The notes beneath the pieces were generated by a model. That model was given only the letters and a program-made list of their open reading frames with translations, ran no database searches and had not been told where the DNA came from. From Lingula anatina (lineage: Eukaryota; Animalia; Brachiopoda), in contig CM120640.1 of assembly GCA_051362555.1 (NCBI GenBank), positions 42,324,788 through 42,388,787 of the forward strand: 64,000 nt of DNA, written 5' to 3'. How positions within the stretch are numbered: the first letter of the stretch is position 1; each line of letters begins with the position of its first letter. Shown one piece after another: positions 53,801 through 64,000 of this stretch. The position numbers and the translations under genes were made by a program.

Positions 53801-56800
53801 GATCAGTCTTGAATGTTTTATTTCCGCCAGTGGAGAATAAATTTCTATACTGTAAATTGCTTAACTTTTACTTTAAAAGATATTGTTATTAAACATTTTA
53901 AAAGAATGTTAATATGCAGTACACACTGTGACACCCACTGCTTATTGTTCATTCCCAGTGCTTCATAACCAGGAAAGTGCCTACTCTATGGAGGCTGTCA
54001 CCTTGAAGAAGGTAATAGGAGAACAATACATTGTCAATGTACAGTGTGCACACATCTTTGAAATTGACTTTCCAGTCACCAATATTTTTTAAGAAGAATA
54101 ATTTTTTTGGTGAAGTCATATCAAGAATAGTTAGTTGAAAACTTGATACACATAAGTTTCATCAATTTTGTATTTATTATTATTTACAAAATACCAATAG
54201 ACATTTTGATGATATACAGTTGTCTGTGTTTTGTTTCCAGATGTATGATGAACTGGAGGCTGACTTTAAAAGGCTACAGGGTATAGAGACAGAGGGCAAG
54301 CAGGAGGTGCTGGAATTGAAGAAAGTAAGCAATACACCTTGATATTATACCATGATTTTACTTTGAGAACACATTTCTATTTTTCACATCCTTCACCAAT
54401 TTTATATGTGCTCCATGGTTTATCTTTTCGTATGTAGGAAAGGCACATGATATGCTCTAATTGAGTTGTCCATAAAATTAATTATATCCCTAATTACATG
54501 GTGATTTTTGCTGTTTTAGCAACTATTGGAAAAAGAAGAAGAAATTGCAGACCTCAAGAAAGATTTGGAACAAGCTTCTGCTCCTAGCAACAGGAGTTTT
54601 GCTGCTCAGGCCAGTTTGCTTGGGGAAGACAAGGTGAAATCAGTCTCATTTATTGATAGAACTCTGAATATTTAGAAATGAGAGCATTCTGGATTTATCC
54701 AAAAACTTGGTTGTTGTATTTATACCTTATCTCTGATCAAGTTAAGAAAAAAAAATGAAATGATTTTCATTTTATTAAGGGTTATGTATTTAATTTTTTA
54801 TTTTAAACAAAATGTTTGAGTATCACTGATGTTGTATTTGTGTAGGAAATCCAAACATTTGAGCCTGATGCGGAGACAGAGTATGAGTTACAGAGACAGC
54901 AAGAGGAGATTGAAGAACTAAAGGAAAGAGTAAGAGAAAAAAACAGGTAAGTGAAACAGAATTGATATAAAGGCCCTCTTTTGTTATATATGTGTGTTAA
55001 AGTAACTCTTATACTGAATGTGAACACAGGTGGACCTCATTTTATGAACTGGTTTCATAAAAACTGTTGCTATTAGAACCACATAATGCAGGTTTGTATA
55101 AAGATGAATTAAATCATTAATTTTGGCATTGTATTTTCATTACAGAATAATTGGACAGTTAGAAAGAGCTCCTAAAGATTTGGACGATCTTCACATTTCT
55201 CCAATACGCAGCCGTCCCCACCAGGTGTCCACACCATCAAGGTCAAGGTCTGTGTCTCCAAGAAAAAACACCATGAAAGACTTGAAAAAGCAATTGGATA
55301 TTGCTGAAATGAAACTGGAGGAAACACAAAGAAAATTAGAAATGAAAGTAAATATGTTTTGTTAATATTGTTAATTTGCTTTAAAGTATTTTTGTGTTGA
55401 TGATTTTTTAAAATGGTGAAAAAGTATTTTAAGATGTCAGGTATTGTGGATTGTTTTAGTGTTTGACCAGTTAGCTCTTTTTAAATCTGAATTAGGTGAA
55501 GTTGATTTCCTCTATTTTAGAAGTGTCAAGAAGACTGTTTGTCTAAATGTCTAACCAAAATTTTGAGTACCCTGCTTTTTTTCACAAGGAACATTTGATT
55601 CATGGTGAAAATTCCAGATAGGATATGTTTAGTATCTATCAGAGTAGCAATCATTTTGAGTAAGTGGTCTTTGTTCATGTAAATATTTAGCAGTGCTTGA
55701 TTTATAATATGCTGACAGTTTGTAAGTGTATTATATTCTATTTAACCAGATCAGGGAGCTGGAAACTGTGAGGTCTGCTCATGACAGGAGATTAGACAGA
55801 CTACACATGTTGCAAAAGAACTATAGACTAGTCAAAGAACAGCTGCTGACACATGAGGAGGAGCAGAAAAGGTTGAGTTTAACTTAAGTTATAACTATCT
55901 CATGTGGATCATCTCTTTAGGGCATATTTGGAGTATTTATTATGCAGTTAATTATAACCTCATGCATGTAGCTGTCATTGCCTATATTGGCCCCAGCGTC
56001 CACTTGCTTTGACTTCAGTCCTACAGAACATATATGGAGATGATTCTTTTCAACATAAGCTACCTGAATAAAGAATGTGTCACAGAGCTCAGTGTGTAGA
56101 TATAATATTATTGTTTATCATTATTATGACATTGGTAGTAGAAGTAAACCTTAAAATAAAGGTTTGGAATATTTGCAATTTTATTATTCAAAATACCTAG
56201 TGTGTATTTTCAAATTGATTAGAAAGTATGATTTAGTATATAGACTTGTGTTTTCCGATTTTTAATCTGCTGTTGTCAACAGAATCTTGATTTGATGTTT
56301 CAGAAGTGTAAAACGCAAGAAAATCACTCGTCCAGATCCCAAATCTCTGCAGAGGGAAAATAGTGAATCTGTGTGGAATGAAGTCGCTGTTTTAAGAAAA
56401 GAAAACAAAAACTTACTTGTGGAAAGGTAAATCAATTTTTACCCCCCAAAAATTAATATTTTGTTTATAAAACCAATGTATGTTTATTGGTCCCTTTCAT
56501 GAATAGAAGTGTTTCACCGCTATAATTATTATAAAGTTACTGTTCGGTATTATAGGATAAATCTTCAAGAAGAAGTGGACACCCTCAGAGTGCAGGCCAG
56601 TCAGGACAATGCCACTATACATGAACTAAAAGCATGTCTACAACAGGAGAAAGAAGGTACTAAATAGAGGACTAATAGCAATGCATTGATTCATTATAAA
56701 AGCCACTTGATATTAAAATATTGACACATCATGCTGACATCAGATCATGTCTGGCTTAGACTTGGTAATGCTGTTAGTGAGGAAAGTACAATGTTTCTGT

Positions 56801-57017
56801 AAAAGTACATAGTAAGCAATTTCAACATGCTATCATAAATATTTCATCTTTGATTTGTTGACCCTGAGTTTGTTGACTGTAAGGTGGATTTTTTTCAGAG
56901 TTGCAATTCCTACTTAAAGAGAAGGAAAGGTCAAGCACCCCAAAACGAGACTTGAAGGAAGAACTTAGGGAAAGTAAGGAAATCTTAGAGGAGGCCAGAG
57001 AGCAGGTAGTATGTTTA

Positions 57018-57090
<73 letters not shown>

Positions 57091-60000
57091 TTTCTCTTCG
57101 TGCCAAAGGATCGAAGAATGATACATAATTATTTTCTCTGTGGAAGGTTTAGCATTTCAGTTACATTTTTTTTCAGCTAAGTGCAAGAATAAATGAGATT
57201 CATCAACTAGAGAAAGATCTGACAAACTTACAAGATGAAAATGAACAGCTCCTGGAGGACAAAAGGTTTGGATTTTGCAATTTAGCACAAATTTTTACAC
57301 TTCTTTGCTTGACAGGAGGGATTCTCTAAGAAACATGACTACTAAAATTGAAGAAATGTAGAGACAAAAAAACAGGAAAACATAATGGTTATCAGGAAAT
57401 ATTAGCAAATCAAGATCTTGACTAATCATTTTATTTTTTTTTTCAATGTCTTTTAAGTTACAAGTTAACTTTATTTCATAATATTTACCTATTTGCTTTA
57501 TTATCAAGGTCTTTGAAGTCAGAGATTAACCAGTTAAAACAAGGTGAATCTGATCGCAGAATAGAGATTGCTAATCTCCAGTCCTCAATTCACAGGTTTG
57601 TGAAATGCATTAACATAGCTGCTGTACTGGTCATGATTAATGCAAAACTGTGTGAATGGCTCAATATTGACAGAGGCAGACAGAATACATTGATTCAAAA
57701 GATAAAAATTAAGTTAAAATTAATTTGTAATTTTGTTGTAATGGCAATGGTTGATTTCTGCAAGCACTTTAGGATTGGTGACATTCTTTTCAAAGAGCCA
57801 TTATTCCTGTATGTGTGATATGCAGACCTTGTTTTGAAAAAATTACACATAGGGCTACATTGCACTTTTCGTGTCTTTACAGGTTGCAGCTAGAACTGAG
57901 AGCACAAGCAGACAAAGTTGAAGTTTCTAGAACAACAGTGGAAAAGCTAATAACAACAACCAAGAAGTCAACGAAGGGTAGAAAAGGTCAAAAATCAAGT
58001 CCTGTTGCCAAGCAGGTACATACGTAGACTTGGAATATCTGTAGAGTCTACTTATCATTCAGTTAATATTAATTCAAGAAACAATTATTAAACAAATAAT
58101 TTAAAAAGAATGATTTCTGTTTGCTTGTTCCACACACATATTAAATCTGTATAACTTAGCTGCATCTCTCTTTCAGTATCAGAAAGCATTAAACAAGTCC
58201 ATAGAAAAAATGAAGCATGCATTCAAGGACTTCAACCAGGAAGGCTGGGAGAGTGTGTCTACTGAAAGGTATGGGGGGAACTCTCTTGTTTTTATTTATT
58301 TATTTATTTTATAAGAAGATATAAATGTAGGCAGTTTTTATTGGAGTTACCTGGTCTTGCTCAAAGTGTTTGATGTCTTAAATTTACAGGGAAATTTTTA
58401 AGATTATCTTTATATTTTTGTTTGTTTTTCAGTGTTGTCGATGGAAGCAATTATTCTGAGAGTTCTAGTTCAGAGGAGGATAGTCTTGGACAGGCCATTG
58501 TGCAGACTGCTCAAGATCGTAAAAAAGTAATTATATCTATCTAGGATAGTAATAGAGAGATATTGAACTTGAAGAATATTTATTTATCTACAAAATTTAT
58601 GTCGAAAATTGCCAGCCTGGAATAAATAATCAGATGTATATAGTTTAATTTAATCTTTGTATTGCTTATAACTATTCAGACACCAAGGAGAGGCAAGAAA
58701 CCCGATTCAGGTGAAGAGGATAGTGAGGTTTCCACAACAGCAGTGGCAGGTAAGGGTCATGCTCTCTGGTTATCACCATTGTTTTCATTCTGTGGTCCCA
58801 ATCTTGAGGTTACAAAACAGCAGGGGCGGATTTAGGCCGTCTTCTGGGTCTTCTGGAAGACGGTCAGATTTTCTAGTTTACATTGACGGGTATCTAATGT
58901 TTTCTGTCGGAAGACGGTCAAAATGGAGAATGGATCAACAAAGATAATTTGGAAGACTGTCAGTAAATATCTCTGGATCCGCCCCTGAACAGTATTTAAA
59001 GTCATATATTGACACTGAATTGTGAAAATATATTGCACTTGCTTTTCTTTTCCTGTAGATGATCTTCCCACCACGAGGGATTCGGCCACTTCTCCTTTGA
59101 AAGATGCCCCGAAGATCAAGGTCTTCAGCTCCAAGGTGGCATCAGGAAGCAGACAGTTGGCAACTATGAAAAACAGGGTCACTGGGCTGCAAAGACAGGT
59201 ATAGCTCATATGATCAGCAGGAAAAAAATCATCTTATAGACCTGTGATGGTTTTAATTGATTTTTATTTTTAAAAATTAATTTTTTTTTAAATTTAAAAA
59301 AATTTTTGTAGGAAGATGTGGTGCTTCAAATTATTTGTTGATTTATGTATATTCTTTTACAAATACTTGATTTATTGTGATGTTTTAACACATTTTAGGC
59401 ACTGGCAAGACTTAAGCTGACTTGTCACATTATTTCATGGGCACTGCACTGAGACATATCAGTATAGATAAAGAATACATGATTATTGATTTGTCATTAG
59501 CCTCACTACCAAGAATTTTATACTTTTAAACATACTGCATGAGACAGAGGGAAGCATTAAGAATGAGAAATAATCAATTGTCTCTACTGGAAATTTTTCA
59601 GGTTCAGATGTTGCGCACATCGCGGGCCACTGCACTGAAATCCTTGGAAGAACAGAAGGAAAGCTACCAACAGCTACAGGCAGACTTGAATGCAGCTAAT
59701 CAGAAAATAAAGATGATGAGACAAACTATGCAGGTATTTACAGTTTACTGTGAAAAGGTTGTACTGGTTATTAAATTGAGAATGAAAAGTGAAGTGTTTC
59801 ATAGATTTGTGTTGGCTGATTTATTCTCTCGTCTTTTTTTTCAGAAACTTTCTTTAGATGTTGAAAGTCTTCAGGATAAAAATAAATTGTTGGAAGAAAG
59901 GAATCTGGCAGGTGATTTGGATTCAAAACACACAGATCAGGAATGGAAGCATTTAGAAACCAGACTCAAGGTATTCTTTGTGACAGAAAACTTCAAAGCA

Positions 60001-62831
60001 TTTGTCAGATTTTTCTGCAGGGTACTGTTCTGTAATGTTCTGCAATAGTATCAAATAGTTCTTGGAAAGGCTCATAGATTTATATGCTTAAGCTTATTGA
60101 TAAAGCTCTTTAAGGGCGTACAATTCACAGTAGACATTTATATAGCAATAGATTAATTTTCCTGGAAATTTCTGCGGTTTCCTTTTATTACCAGTCTATA
60201 CCATTTCCAAAACCATCGAGAAAATTAATATTCTTCAACCTGTTTTCAAGTTCTAAATGATTAATTTTTACTTTCATTAGTGAAATTCAACAGTATTTGT
60301 GTCCATTGCAAAAGTGACTCTTATGATAGAAACTTTCAACTGGTAAATGATTTAATAGATTGCAATTCTGTGAATGGTTTTGGTGTGGCAGTGCCTTGAC
60401 AATTTTAATGAAAAATGTTGAAATTTCCAGGAAAAATAAATATTTGCTATACAAAGGTCTAATAGTCAATTTGCCCCTTTAAAGCAATGAAGTTATAGTT
60501 GAAATTCGTGGAATTTCAAAAGATATATGATTATATGCCTTGTATATATACATTTTGTGTGTAAATTTGTTGCATAGGTATCATCAGCTGAGGTGTCCAG
60601 ACAGTCCACACTTCTGAAAGCTATGAAGGGAGAAAGAGAAGAGTTGGAAGAACAAATACAAACCTTACAGGAAAAGTGAGTAAAATAATCATTTGGGAAG
60701 TAGAGGCCTTCATTGTATTTACATAATTTAAAACATTGATTAATTTGAAGAGTGTATATTGAGTGCACACATATTTAGTGTAACATGACAGTTGCAACTA
60801 ATGCTCTGATTTTATTTATTTATTAACACATCCATGTTTTTTTTTCTATCAGAGCAAATAGGTTGGAAAGAGACAATGCACAGAAGCGCACTCTGGTGGA
60901 GGATATGAGACTAAAAATGAAAATTGCCCAAGAAAATATGAAATCGGATAGCGGAGCTTTGGTAAGGAATTTTATTAGATTCTGTCATTTCTCTTGCCGT
61001 CTTGTTAAGGCCAAGATATGGGAAAAATAAGGGGATGGTAGAATTTCAATTCCCACATTTGAAAAAATGGGAAATTTGATCTTTGTGATGTTTCATGTTA
61101 TATGTAGAAATTCTTTACACTTGGAAATGAGCACTTTTAACTTTTTTTGTAGGAGGAAATGGAAATTAAAATGAAAACACTCCAAGATGTGTTGGACAAA
61201 ACAAAAATATATGTAAGTGCATGTTGTCTTTTTTGAAACATTTTTCTTCAAAAACTAGAAAAGAGGTAGATCTGGTTTACTTTTACATTCTTGGTACTAC
61301 TGGTTTGAGAAAGGCTCTTTGTCAGACACAAACTACAATTTTATGTAGTCAGATTTATATACGTGTATTTACTACACTGATATGTGAAAACAAGCTGTTT
61401 GTTTAAATATGGTAAGGTAAATGGAAAATGATAACCATATCAATATTTGATTGTTTATTAACTAATGTAATATGTTTGATACAGTAACATGACTCAGTTA
61501 TGGATTTTAGCTGTATTGAAAATAAATGCTTTGTATTTATTTTTCTTGCAGAATGAGTCTTTGAGACGCAGATTAAATGCAATCACAAAGGAAAAGCATG
61601 AATCAGAAGAGCAGTTGATGAAAACAAAAAGTGATCTTGAGAAAAAGGTAACTTGCTTTTGTTAGTAGTGTTTGTAATGTATAACTAGAGTGTTCAAAAT
61701 TCTGATATTTACAAGAATTATTAGAGGATATCAGTGGTTAAGAAATCATTAAGTAGGAATTCAAATTTGACACTGTTAGGAGCTAAAAAGTAGACTTAAA
61801 AAAAAAACTCAGAGAATGCTTACTCTCTTACAGGCAAAACAACTGACAGAGAACCAAGCAAAACTGAGTGAGTTGCAGAAGACTGTTGTTGCTGTAGAGA
61901 CTGCTGCTAAGCAACAGCTCCATGGCCTTGCAGGTCAAAGTGAGGCTGCCATGGAGGCAGCACAGACTAAGCTTAACAACGCCCACATGCAGATTAATGA
62001 ACATCAGAAATTTGTGAAGGTATTTGTAGTATTTTCTCATGGAATATACTGGTCACATTGTAATCCACCTCTTAATCCCCGTTTTGCTTATAGCAATGGG
62101 TTGTCAGCTTAAGGGACATAAGTCACTTGTAAGATTTATCATGTATCAATTTTCAAGTACTCTCTTAGACTAGCAGTTTGGAATGACGGTCACATTTTTC
62201 TTTGTTTGTAGAGTTTAGCACATGAACTATTGCGTGGAATTCACCAGGCCCGTACTATGTTAAAGCAGCAGTTACAGCGTGAGGGAAAAGTGGCTGAAGC
62301 TGGGGAATCATTGAAGAAAGCACAGCGTGTTGCTCAAAACATTCTCAACATCAGCCAGTCAGAGCTGGAAGATTTAATGCTTAGCGAGGAAGAGGACATA
62401 AGCACTGTAAGGAAGAGTATTTTATGACAATCTTTTATGTTAAACAAATGATAAACTTATTACGTTTTTCAGCTGATTGTGTTAGGCAAAAGGAGAGAAA
62501 CTGAAGCAGATAAGTTTGATTGTCAACTAGACAAAAGCTATTTTTGAAAATAAAATGTTTTTCAGGATTTTGTGTCAGAAGCTGAAAGAAGAAAGGACAA
62601 AAAGTGGAACAAACAATGGGAAAAGTTACTGAAGACAAGGGTAGGCTTACCAAAATTTATAATATGTTACTGTTTGCCAAGTTTTCTTTTAATCAAAAGA
62701 GGCCATTTCATTTGTATGACACTTACATAAACATTCTTTTCCAGATGCAGTTTTCAGAGCCCTTGATGGAACTTTTCACAGACAAAATTGAAGAAAGAAT
62801 TGAACTCTCTTGCAAGCTGCGAGGGAGGTAG
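47806..62831 (+). CDS. CNTLN: Centlein, centrosomal coiled-coil protein, 35 coding exons, about 1243 aa
   Basis: Phase-consistent GT-AG exons: 47806-47827, 48348-48412, 48584-48672, 50867-50995, 51958-52124, 52362-52465, 52600-52656, 52843-52955, 53653-53762, 53959-54011, 54241-54324, 54520-54633, 54846-54946, 55146-55347, 55750-55871, 56304-56426, 56556-56656, 56899-57005, 57177-57265, 57509-57595, 57883-58015, 58177-58268, 58433-58526, 58680-58749, 59059-59198, 59602-59733, 59845-59970, 60578-60675, 60853-60961, 61153-61212, 61552-61647, 61834-62019, 62212-62406, 62566-62640, 62745-62831. Signature ELAQCQGDKEFVWSLWKRLQVANPDITQAVSMVVQREKEKAEIKDRKVLEILQVKD matches recalled human centlein (ELALCQADKEFVWSLWKRLQVTNPDLTQVVSLVVEREKQKSEAKDRKVLEILQVKD). 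Confidence 0.92.
49386..49523. repeat. Two-copy tandem duplication, period about 70 bp, CNTLN intron 3
   Basis: actgaactg...aattaaa...tgtcacagaaga...cttccgcccag repeated at about 49386 and 49455. Confidence 0.8.
57020..57089. repeat. Poly-T plus (GT)n compound microsatellite
   Basis: Direct read, CNTLN intron 18. Confidence 0.95.
58821..58987. mobile_element. 167-bp MITE with CAGGGGCGGAT TIRs and a 5-bp TSD (hAT5-like), CNTLN intron 24
   Basis: caggggcggat (58821-58831) / atccgcccctg (58977-58987); aacag on both flanks (58816-58820, 58988-58992); internal ggaagac(g/t)gtca three times. Confidence 0.85.
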
Positions 62832-62978
62832 CATCACATTGGTTAAAACAATTGTACCAAGATACTTCCCTCTGCCTTGTCATCCAGTTTACATTCCAAA
62901 TTGTCACACAGCATTATAATACAATAGGAAGCTTGCCTCTTTCAGCGCTGTAGAACATAATGGCAGCAACGTATAAGG

Positions 62979-62984
62979 AATAAA
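62979..62984 (+). terminator. Candidate CNTLN polyadenylation signal
   Basis: AATAAA about 150 nt after the TAG at 62831. Confidence 0.5.
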
Positions 62985-64000
62985 AAATTAACTGAATGAT
63001 TTAGATTCCTTTTACGTCAAGCGACTTGCCGTAGTGCAGAATTTAATGCACAGTCACGTATGTTGTAAGAAAACCAAAGCCCATATTTTATCACATATTT
63101 ATTGGCTTCAACTGAACTGTTGTGCTCATTTTATACTTGGATTCACATCTTACATTACAAATAAAGCTAAACTATTTTTCACTGTTTTGTTTTTCCTGTT
63201 GTCATTACAGTACATAGCCATGATATGACATAGCATGGTTACAAAACAATCAAGGGAATGCAAAATAAACTAAAGCATCTGAACAGGAAATGGAGCATAT
63301 GCCTCCTCTTGACCCGTAGTTTAATAAACTACCTTTGATCAAAATTGACTGAACATTCTTTGGATATATAAGAACCAACACTTCCCTCCAGACGGCACAG
63401 ATAGGGAAAGCGTAATTACAGCTTCTCCAACAAGTAAACAGGAAATATATATATCTATGTACATTTATCACATTAACAAGTTAATTTTTATTTGTTTTAA
63501 TGGACTAAATTGGCTTACTCAGATACGAATATCAGCAGTGGAACTATCTTCCCAAAAAATGTGACCGGCTTTGTTTGGTGCTTAATTTTCAAGCTGTTCT
63601 TACATAACTGTATTGTTGACCAATGTTATTAAGAAAGTGCATTTATAGAATTGCAAGCTAAATTTTGTTGACATTTGACTTCAACTTGATATTTAAACAG
63701 AGCAAAGACAAAATAATAACATTTAAATCTTTCAAGATGTAATGTAATTCAATTACTGTGAGAAAATTCCTCGAAACTTTTACAATATTGATGAAATAAT
63801 GTTTATACGCTCAAAAAAAAAAAAATAATAATAATTTAATGGACCTCTGTAACAAAAGAAAAAATGCACAAGACTAAATATATCCTCTAGTGCCAATGTG
63901 TTTACTTATATAAAAACAACCAAATTAACCTTATCAATTCTGCTAGACCAACCATTATAGAAAGATTAATGTATTACTGCAATGAGACTACACATAACAC

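Noticed and set aside
59971-60577. U12-like donor GTATTCTTT in centlein
   Set aside because: Mismatch at the near-invariant +5 C and no CCTTAAC branch point near the acceptor.
1-64000. tRNA, rRNA, snRNA or pre-miRNA genes
   Set aside because: None recognised by eye; an Infernal/Rfam scan would be needed to exclude intronic snoRNAs or miRNAs.

Overview
AT-rich, intron-rich animal (eukaryotic) genomic DNA, probably an invertebrate protostome; the ORF track is mostly exon fragments and noise. Manual splicing gives four protein-coding genes arranged as two head-to-head pairs: endophilin A (SH3GL, minus, first two coding exons, runs off the left edge) / CHAF1A (plus, 16 exons, about 1106 aa), then basonuclin (BNC, minus, 4 coding exons, about 1036 aa, 20-kb first intron) / centlein (CNTLN, plus, 35 coding exons, about 1243 aa). 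I see no prokaryote-style novel system. The most interesting signals are: (1) the four-gene block unites gene neighbours that are split across three human paralogous loci; (2) a ~3.3-kb basonuclin 3' UTR dense in seed matches to conserved miRNAs; (3) a candidate internal promoter and alternative first exon of basonuclin; (4) two short CAGG-ended MITEs, each with a 5-bp target-site duplication; (5) a GC-AG first intron in CHAF1A. Family assignments and human comparisons are from recalled sequences, not from searches.
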